Below are positions 26,080-32,000 of a stretch of 32,000 bases of DNA, one piece after another. Position 1 is the stretch's first letter. Every line of letters starts with the position of its first letter. This DNA comes from Pelagerythrobacter marensis. Its GTDB lineage: Bacteria > Pseudomonadota > Alphaproteobacteria > Sphingomonadales > Sphingomonadaceae. The notes under the pieces are model-generated. The model worked only from the letters and a program-made list of their open reading frames with translations. It had not been told where the DNA came from and made no database searches. The stretch covers positions 792,498 to 824,497 of the forward strand of contig NZ_CP011805.1 of assembly GCF_001028625.1 (NCBI RefSeq), given 5' to 3'. Made by a program: the position numbers and the translations under genes.

Positions 26080-27448
26080 GGAACCTCTTGACCACGCGAA
26101 GGGCGATGAAATTCAGGCCGAGGGTGACCAGGAACAGCACGAACCCGAGCGCAAAGGCGCTAAGCGTTGCGGGATGGTCGAAGCTTCCTTCCCCGGTCAG
26201 CATGGCGACGATCTGCACGGTAACCGTGGTCATCGCCTCCAGCGGATTGGCGCTGAGGTTGGCGGCGGTGGAAGCGGCCATGACCACGATCATCGTTTCG
26301 CCGATGGCCCGGCTGATCGCCAGCATCACCCCGGCAACGATGCCGGGAAGGGCGGCCGGCACCAGAACCCGGCGGATCGTTTCCGAAGTGGTCGCCCCCA
26401 TCGCGAGGCTGCCGTCGCGCATGGCCTGCGGAACGGCGGCAATCGAATCGTCGGCCATCGAAGAGACGAACGGAATGATCATCACACCCATGACGAGACC
26501 CGCGGCGAGCGCGCTTTCGCTGGATGGATTGGACATGCCGGCCGCGACCGCCAGATCGCGGATGAAGGGGGCAACGGTAAGCGCAGCGAAATAGCCGTAA
26601 ACGACGGTGGGGACACCGGCGAGGATTTCCAGCGCCGGTTTGACCCATGCCCGCATTCGCGGATTGGCGTACTGCGTAAGGTAGATCGCGCTCATCAGAC
26701 CCAGCGGTATGGCCACGATCATGGCGATAATCGCGCCGATGAAGATCGTGCCCCAGAACAGCGGGATCGCGCCGTACCGGCTCGGGTCGGGATTGTCCGG
26801 ATTGGCCATCGGGTCCGGGCCCCAGTGCAGGCCGAACAGGAAATCGAGCGGATTGACCATGCCGAAAAAGCGGATGGTTTCGAACACCAGGCTGACGAAA
26901 ATGCCCAGCGTGGTCAGGATCGCGACCAGCGACGCCAGCAGCAGGATGACCATTACCGTGCGTTCGACCCGGGTGCGGGCGGTGAAATCCGGCTTGATCC
27001 GCAGGAAGGACCAGACACCGCCAATGAAGCCGAGCGTCAGGGCAACGACGATGCCGATCGTCTGATATCGGCCAATCGCCTCGCGGTAAGGTTCCACCAG
27101 CGCGGCCGCATCGGCGTTGAAGACGGCGCGGGCGGCCCCGGTGGCGACCGCACGTGCTTCGGCCAGCATCGATTCGCGCTTGAACCCGAATTCGGGCAGG
27201 CCGGCGGCGGCGGGGGAGGCCAGAACGTGCTGGCTGATCAGCTGGGGTGCGATCACGCTCCACGCAGCGATGAAAACGATCATCGGTACGACGATCCACA
27301 GCGCGACGTACCATGCGTGATAGCTGGGCAGGGCGGCCAGGCTGCTGGCGCCCATGCTGCGGCGGAAGCTCCATGCGCGAGCGCGTCCGGCAAGCCAGCC
27401 TGCCAGTCCGAGCCCGAGCGCGAGCAGTAAGAGGATTGTGAGAGACAC
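26063..27448 (-). CDS. pstC: Phosphate ABC transporter permease PstC
   Basis: 461 aa with a GTG start. Permease signature SRAIGETMIVVMA. Overlaps the pstA start by 17 nt. Confidence 0.9.
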   Translation of the reverse strand: MSLTILLLLALGLGLAGWLAGRARAWSFRRSMGASSLAALPSYHAWYVALWIVVPMIVFIAAWSVIAPQLISQHVLASPAAAGLPEFGFKRESMLAEARAVATGAARAVFNADAAALVEPYREAIGRYQTIGIVVALTLGFIGGVWSFLRIKPDFTARTRVERTVMVILLLASLVAILTTLGIFVSLVFETIRFFGMVNPLDFLFGLHWGPDPMANPDNPDPSRYGAIPLFWGTIFIGAIIAMIVAIPLGLMSAIYLTQYANPRMRAWVKPALEILAGVPTVVYGYFAALTVAPFIRDLAVAAGMSNPSSESALAAGLVMGVMIIPFVSSMADDSIAAVPQAMRDGSLAMGATTSETIRRVLVPAALPGIVAGVMLAISRAIGETMIVVMAASTAANLSANPLEAMTTVTVQIVAMLTGEGSFDHPATLSAFALGFVLFLVTLGLNFIALRVVKRFREAYE

Positions 27449-27538
27449 GCGGACCGGGACCTAGATCGCCTGAATTACGACGGCCTGTAGATCGTGCGCC
27501 GTCCGAGCCGCGGGCGACATGCCCGCTGAAGACGCCCT

Positions 27539-27556
27539 GTCGAAGTTTTGTGACAA
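27539..27556 (-). promoter_or_regulatory. Pho-box-like site upstream of pstC
   Basis: The minus strand reads TTGTCAC-AAAA-CTTCGAC, starting 2 nt after the phoR stop and about 90 nt before the pstC GTG. The first half-site and the A-rich spacer fit CTGTCAT-AWAW-CTGTCAY well. The second half-site is poor (4/7). Confidence 0.3.
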
Positions 27557-27558
27557 AT

Positions 27559-28767
27559 TCATGACTGCCCCTCCGATGCCGCCTTTCCGTCGTTTTCAAC
27601 CGCCGGAATGCGCACTGTAACTGTCGTGCCTTGGCCAAGCTTGCTCGTAATGTCGAGCCGCCCACGGTGACGTTCCACGATATGCTTCACGATCGCCAGC
27701 CCCAGCCCGGTGCCGCCGGATGCGCGGCTGCGGCCGGGATCGGTGCGATAGAATCGCCGGGTCAGGTGGGGCAAATGCTCGGGCGCAATGCCTTCGCCGC
27801 GATCGGCAATCGTCAGCTCCGCCTCACCTTCGGGAAGACGGCGCAGGTTCACGCGAACCTCTTCCCCGGCAGCGCCATATTTGAGAGCATTGTCCACCAG
27901 ATTGCGGACAAGCTGTTCGATCTGGCGGGGATCGCCCTGGATCGCAATCCCGGTTTCGCAGTCCAGGACGACGCGATCCTGCCGGTCGGGTCCGGCGGCA
28001 TCGCGGGCCGCGGTTTCCACCAGCTTTCGCAGCGAAAGCTGCTCGTCAGGCAAATCGTGCTTTTCCGCTTCCACATGCGACAGCGACATCAGGTCGTTGA
28101 CCAGGTTCTGCAATCGCCTGGCTTCGTTGAGCACGGTATCGAGAAACTTCCGGCGCATTTCGGGCGGGGCCTGCCCGCCTTCTTCGCGCAATGTTTCGAC
28201 GTAGCCGATGATCGACGACAGCGGCGTTCGCAGCTCGTGACTGGCGTTGGCGACGAAATCGGTATGCGCGCGACTGATGTCGGCTTCGGCTGTCTGGTTG
28301 AGCAGTTCGATCACGCCCAGGCCATCGGCAAGGCGCTGGAAATTGAGGATCCAGATATCGCGTCGGCGGATCAGGCCCTGAACAACCGCCTGGCCGCTCG
28401 CGCCGCGTTCCAGCAGGGAAACCGCCTCGGGATGGCGAAAGGCGACGCGAATATCCTGGCCCAGCACGTGGGCACCCAGAAGATTGCGCGCGGACTTGTT
28501 GGCGATGGAGATTCGGCTGTTCTCTGCCACCAGAAGCGGGGTGCCCGCGTGCTCGATGAACTCACCCATATCGTCGCGATTGAAGGTGCCGTTGGTCGTC
28601 GGTTCGATCGCTTTGGGAGGGGCGGCGACGGCAAGCCAGAGCGAACCGGCCCAGACGAGAAACACTGCAAAGCCCAGCCACAGGGGCGCACCGGCAAGCC
28701 CCATTGCAGCAGAGGCGACGGCCGCGAGCGTCAGGGAGGCGACGGGGAAGGCGCGATCCTGCTCCAT
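27559..28767 (-). CDS. phoR: Phosphate regulon sensor histidine kinase PhoR
   Basis: 402 aa. Two N-terminal TM helices with almost no periplasmic loop, a PAS-like segment, H-box SHELRTPLSSI, and G-box GGTGLGLAIVKHIV. Confidence 0.85.
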   Translation of the reverse strand: MEQDRAFPVASLTLAAVASAAMGLAGAPLWLGFAVFLVWAGSLWLAVAAPPKAIEPTTNGTFNRDDMGEFIEHAGTPLLVAENSRISIANKSARNLLGAHVLGQDIRVAFRHPEAVSLLERGASGQAVVQGLIRRRDIWILNFQRLADGLGVIELLNQTAEADISRAHTDFVANASHELRTPLSSIIGYVETLREEGGQAPPEMRRKFLDTVLNEARRLQNLVNDLMSLSHVEAEKHDLPDEQLSLRKLVETAARDAAGPDRQDRVVLDCETGIAIQGDPRQIEQLVRNLVDNALKYGAAGEEVRVNLRRLPEGEAELTIADRGEGIAPEHLPHLTRRFYRTDPGRSRASGGTGLGLAIVKHIVERHRGRLDITSKLGQGTTVTVRIPAVENDGKAASEGQS

Positions 28768-28852
28768 TGCGGCGCGGCTTAGCTTCCGAATGTGACATCG
28801 GCCAGACGCTATTGGGGCATCCGCCGGATTTTTTTGAACAATCGCACCGGGA

Positions 28853-28927
28853 TGGTGACCCCTACGGGAATCGAACCCGTGTTTCAGCCGTGAGAGGGCC
28901 GCGTCCTGACCGCTAGACGAAGGGGCC
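28853..28927 (-). tRNA. tRNA-Glu (anticodon CTC)
   Basis: A 75-nt cloverleaf folds by hand on the minus strand: GGCCCCT / GTCT-AGCGGTCA-GGAC / CGGCC-CTCTCAC-GGCTG / AAAC / ACGGG-TTCGATT-CCCGT / AGGGGTC-A-CCA. Confidence 0.9.
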
Positions 28928-28970
28928 AGGGCTGTGAGAAGCCATGGCGCACCACTGCGATCTTTGTCGG

Positions 28971-29045
28971 TGGTGACCCCTACGGGAATCGAACCCGTGT
29001 TTCAGCCGTGAAAGGGCCGCGTCCTAACCGCTAGACGAAGGGGCC
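28971..29045 (-). tRNA. tRNA-Glu (anticodon TTC)
   Basis: Same 75-nt cloverleaf as the downstream copy except for anticodon loop CTTTCAC and D-loop AGCGGTTA. CCA is encoded. Confidence 0.9.
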
Positions 29046-29105
29046 AAACCGTCAGGTGCCGGTGGCGTGGCGGCGCACTTAGGGGCGCTGTCACGTCCGG
29101 TCAAC

Positions 29106-29139
29106 CCTGTCTTGCGATCTGGCCTGTCTTGCGTTCTGA
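29106..29139. repeat. Tandem 17-bp direct repeat upstream of the tRNA-Glu pair
   Basis: cctgtcttgcgatctgg (29106-29122) is followed directly by cctgtcttgcgttctga (29123-29139), 15/17 identical. It sits just upstream (in minus-strand sense) of a TTGACC -35-like hexamer at 29099-29104. Confidence 0.5.
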
Positions 29140-29155
29140 AATCTTCCCCTGGGCA

Positions 29156-30943
29156 TCAATCGGCCCAGGCGGCGTCCTCCAGATGAAGTTCAGCCGCAGG
29201 GCGTGCGCCCCAATCGTCGATCTTCGCGCGCCCTGCCAGCCAGAGCCGCCGGCCCCTTGCACCGTGAAGCAGCGACTGGCCGAGATCGCTTTCCGCCATG
29301 CGAAACCCGATCGCCTTGAACGATCGCCCGTCGTCGCCCCCGGCGATCAGGCGGACGTGATTGGTGCCGACCACATCAGCCTTGATCAGTCGAACCGGGC
29401 CGACCGCGAGCTTGGGCCCAGGCCAGCCGACCCCGAACGGCCCCGCATGCTCCAGCGTTTCGACCAGTTCCGGTGTCAGCCCCCCAGGCGCCAGCGACAG
29501 ATCGAGCGAGAGCGTCTGCTGGGCGCTGGCCCGTTCAACCGCCCCGGCGAGCCGCGCGTTCAGCCAGTCGGCAAATGCATCGAACTGGTCCGATTCGATC
29601 GTCAGCCCGGCCGCCATTGCATGACCGCCCCCGGCCACCAGCAACCCGGCCTCCCGCGCGGCGATAATGGCCGCACCAAGATCGACGCCAGAGATCGACC
29701 GGCCCGATCCCTTGCCCTGGCCCTGCGCTTCATCGAGCGCGATCACGATTGCCGGCTTGCCCGTCTTTTCCTTTATCCGCCCGGCCACGATACCGATGAC
29801 CCCCGGATGCCATCCGGTCCCCGCCAGTACGCAGACAGCGCGATTGTGCTGGCCGGCAAGCTGCGCCTCGGCTGCTTCCTGGACCGCCGCCTCTATCGCG
29901 CGACGTTCTTCGTTGAGCGCCGAAAGCTGGGCGGCGATTGCCTGCGCTTCGTGTACGTCTTCGGTCGTCAGCAGGCGGACGCCCAGCGTCGATTCGCCCA
30001 CGCGGCCGCCGGCGTTGATGCGTGGTCCCAGTGCGAAACCCAGATCGCTGCAGATCGGCGCGCGGGTCAACCGGCTTGCGTCGATCAACGCGGACATGCC
30101 GACGTTTTGCCGCTTCGCCATCACCTTCAGCCCTTGCGCCACGAAAGCGCGGTTCAACCCGTGGAGAGCCGCGACATCGGCGACGGTGCCGAGCGCAACG
30201 AGATCGAGCAGACCGCGCAGGTCCGGTTCGGGCCGGGCCTCGAAATAGGCGCGTGCGCGCAAGGTACGCACCACTGCCACTGCGAGCAGGAATGCCACGC
30301 CGACGGCGGCAAGATGGCCATGCTGCGCCGCAAGGTCGCATTCGTCGAGGCGATTCGGATTCACCAGCGCCGCGGCCTTGGGCAGTTCGGATGAGCACTT
30401 GTGGTGATCGACCACGATCACGTCGACGCCGGCATCGTGTGCCATCGCCAGTGCCTCGTGCGCCATCGCCCCGCAATCCACGGTCACGATCAGGCTCGAT
30501 CCCTGTTCCGCCAGCCGGACAAGCGCTTCGCCGCTCGGGCCGTAACCTTCCAGCAGGCGATCGGGGATGTAATGCCCGGCGTCGTGACCCAGCATCCGCA
30601 GGAGGCGAATCAGCAGCGCCGAACTCGTCGCCCCGTCGACATCGTAGTCGCCGTAGATCGTGATTGTTTCCCCGCCGAGCACCGCCTGCGCGATGCGTTC
30701 GGCCGCCACCTCCATGTCGCGAAACACCGAAGGGTCGGGCAGGAACGCGCGCAAGGTCGGCGCGCGATGGCGATCCAGATCTTCGCGAACCACGCCGCGC
30801 GACAGCAGCAATTGTGCGACGATATCGTCTTCGAGCGCGGCACCATCGCTGCCGAGCGCCATGTTTCCGCCGCGCCAGCGCCATGCCTTGCCCGAAAGCG
30901 ACCGTTCGATCCCGAAGACGTTGGAAAGCGAGTGCGACGCCAT
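29156..30943 (-). CDS. recJ: Single-stranded-DNA-specific exonuclease RecJ
   Basis: 595 aa. DHH-family motifs IYGDYDVDGATS, VTVDCG, VIVVDHH, and DHHA1 GGGHAMAAG. Confidence 0.9.
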   Translation of the reverse strand: MASHSLSNVFGIERSLSGKAWRWRGGNMALGSDGAALEDDIVAQLLLSRGVVREDLDRHRAPTLRAFLPDPSVFRDMEVAAERIAQAVLGGETITIYGDYDVDGATSSALLIRLLRMLGHDAGHYIPDRLLEGYGPSGEALVRLAEQGSSLIVTVDCGAMAHEALAMAHDAGVDVIVVDHHKCSSELPKAAALVNPNRLDECDLAAQHGHLAAVGVAFLLAVAVVRTLRARAYFEARPEPDLRGLLDLVALGTVADVAALHGLNRAFVAQGLKVMAKRQNVGMSALIDASRLTRAPICSDLGFALGPRINAGGRVGESTLGVRLLTTEDVHEAQAIAAQLSALNEERRAIEAAVQEAAEAQLAGQHNRAVCVLAGTGWHPGVIGIVAGRIKEKTGKPAIVIALDEAQGQGKGSGRSISGVDLGAAIIAAREAGLLVAGGGHAMAAGLTIESDQFDAFADWLNARLAGAVERASAQQTLSLDLSLAPGGLTPELVETLEHAGPFGVGWPGPKLAVGPVRLIKADVVGTNHVRLIAGGDDGRSFKAIGFRMAESDLGQSLLHGARGRRLWLAGRAKIDDWGARPAAELHLEDAAWAD

Positions 30944-31024
30944 CGCTGTCGTCTAGCCCACCTGGATGCCCGGCGCAAAGCAGGCTGTTTGACAATCGAC
31001 AGCCGGGTGCGATGTTCGTTCGCG

Positions 31025-31516
31025 ATGAACGATGAACCGCGCAGATTGCTGATTGCCTGGCACAGCCGCACCGGCGCGAGCGAGGCGATGGCGCAGGCCG
31101 CCGCCGAAGGTGCGGGGCAGGTTGCGCGGCTGATTCGGGCCGATGAGGTCGTGCCTGGCGATTTGCTGGCAGCTAGCGCCTATCTGTTCGTGTGCCCCGA
31201 AAATCTGGCGACCATGAGCGGCGCGATGAAGGAAATGTTCGATCGCTGTTACTACCCCGTCCTCGGCCAGATCGAGGGCCGGCCTTACGCGACGATTATT
31301 GCCGCAGGCTCCGATGGGGAGGGGGCGCAGCGGCAGATCGACCGGATCGCCAGGGGGTGGCGTCTGCGCCGGGTGCTTGACCCGGTGATCGAATGTTTCG
31401 ACGCGCAGACGCCTGAAGCCATTCTGGCGCCGAAGACGGTTTCCTCGCATCGCCGGAAGCGTTGTTTCGAACTGGGCGCCGCGCTGGCCGAAGGGGTTAC
31501 GCTCGGGGTATTCTGA
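31025..31516 (+). CDS. Flavodoxin-like fold protein (NAD(P)H-dependent oxidoreductase/flavodoxin family)
   Basis: 163 aa from the ATG at 31025. LLIAWHSRTGASEAMAQAA resembles a flavodoxin-type phosphate-binding loop, and LFVCPENLATMSGAMKEMFDR follows. The listed ORF start at 30401 runs antisense through recJ and is not credible. Confidence 0.5.
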   Translation: MNDEPRRLLIAWHSRTGASEAMAQAAAEGAGQVARLIRADEVVPGDLLAASAYLFVCPENLATMSGAMKEMFDRCYYPVLGQIEGRPYATIIAAGSDGEGAQRQIDRIARGWRLRRVLDPVIECFDAQTPEAILAPKTVSSHRRKRCFELGAALAEGVTLGVF

Positions 31517-31552
31517 TCTCTGGCCAATCGCCTCCGAATCGGAGGCAAGACC

Positions 31553-32000
31553 GTGCGGGAACACTCGACGACGCAAACGATTCCATACAAGAGCCGCGCG
31601 ACGCAGCCGAAGGGACGCCTCATCAACGACCGCTCCGACATTGCCGGAGATAGAACACGCTCCGGCTTGCTGCTGCTGTTTCGGGCCGGCGAGCGTCCCG
31701 GCGTTGCCGCGCTTCGCCGTGCGCTCTCTGCTTCGGGACGGGTTGCGATCAGCCATGAATCGGCTCCGCCGCGACCCGCCGCCGGGGACGGCACCGTCTG
31801 GGCGGAGCTGCTCGTCGATGGAATGACGTTCGACCTGGACGGGCTGGCCCCGGGTCCCGGCTTCCCGGCAGGAGAACTGCGTCACACGTTCGAAGTGACG
31901 GAGGCGCTGATCGCCAACCCGGGTGAGGCGTTGTCGCTTTCCGCCGGCCCCCACATTGCCGGAGCGCGCGCGACGATGCCGGTCGTGCGTGTGCAGATGG
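31553..32000 (+). CDS. Hypothetical protein, 5' partial view (open at the window end)
   Basis: Not in the supplied track because no stop falls inside the window. The frame is open from the flavodoxin stop to 32000. A GTG at 31553 lies 7 nt after GGAGG (31541-31545). Third codon positions are mostly G/C, like the confirmed genes. No family recognised. Confidence 0.4.
   Translation, partial: MREHSTTQTIPYKSRATQPKGRLINDRSDIAGDRTRSGLLLLFRAGERPGVAALRRALSASGRVAISHESAPPRPAAGDGTVWAELLVDGMTFDLDGLAPGPGFPAGELRHTFEVTEALIANPGEALSLSAGPHIAGARATMPVVRVQM

Noticed and set aside
26051-28782. Plus-strand ORFs (459 aa and 383 aa) and a 501-aa minus-strand alternate frame over pstC and phoR
   Set aside because: The translations are highly charged or repetitive (runs of D/R/G/H/Q). 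The real frames carry the ABC permease signature and the histidine-kinase H- and G-boxes.
28821-28838. ATCC-gcc-GGAT mini-hairpin followed by T7 on the plus strand, resembling an intrinsic terminator
   Set aside because: The stem is only 4 bp, and no plus-strand gene ends upstream of it. On the minus strand (tRNA-Glu to phoR direction) the run is A-rich and precedes the hairpin, so it would not terminate those transcripts.
30401-31024. 208-codon N-terminal extension of the flavodoxin-like ORF as listed in the track
   Set aside because: The extension runs antisense inside recJ and has junk-like composition. The flavodoxin-like sequence begins at the ATG at 31025, just outside recJ.
29129-31954. 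Plus-strand 421-aa ORF and minus-strand 421-aa and 333-aa ORFs overlapping recJ and the flavodoxin-like gene
   Set aside because: Shadow and alternate frames of recJ and its neighbours. There is no motif content, and Arg-rich junk composition.
1-32000. Scan for CRISPR arrays, long tandem repeats, IS elements, toxin-antitoxin pairs or defence-system hallmark genes
   Set aside because: None seen by eye. The only repeats found are the tRNA 3'-half copy, the tRNA-Glu duplication and the 17-bp tandem repeat, all reported separately.

Overview
High-GC chromosomal segment whose gene content and order look alphaproteobacterial, possibly Sphingomonadales (inference only). It is almost entirely core or housekeeping. 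Left to right: a membrane GGDEF diguanylate cyclase overlapping an OmpA-like lipoprotein gene; acpP-fabF-mltG plus a 2H phosphoesterase; tRNA(CAT); a short AT-richer segment with one orphan membrane ORF, ending in a decayed copy of the tRNA 3' half; a DEAD-box helicase (-); an overlapping otsB-GH15-otsA trehalose operon; a PTP-like phosphatase; trxB; two tandem MAPEG paralogues and a btaA-btaB-like betaine-lipid (DGTS) pair (-); a PLP dehydratase (-); a spermidine/norspermidine cluster (carboxy(nor)spermidine dehydrogenase, nspC, a secreted protein, ornithine decarboxylase); the phoR-pstC-pstA-pstB-phoU-phoB block (-); two tandem tRNA-Glu genes with different anticodons (-); recJ (-); a flavodoxin-like gene; and an open-ended ORF at the right edge that the ORF track misses. 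I saw no integrase, transposase, CRISPR array, toxin-antitoxin pair or recognisable defence genes, so I cannot support a clear novel multi-gene system. The best leads are the tRNA-flanked orphan-ORF segment, the btaAB + MAPEG arrangement near the Pho regulon with weak Pho-box-like sites, and the synthase/hydrolase pairing in the trehalose operon. Nearly every real gene has a long shadow ORF on the opposite strand or in another frame; I treat these as high-GC artefacts.
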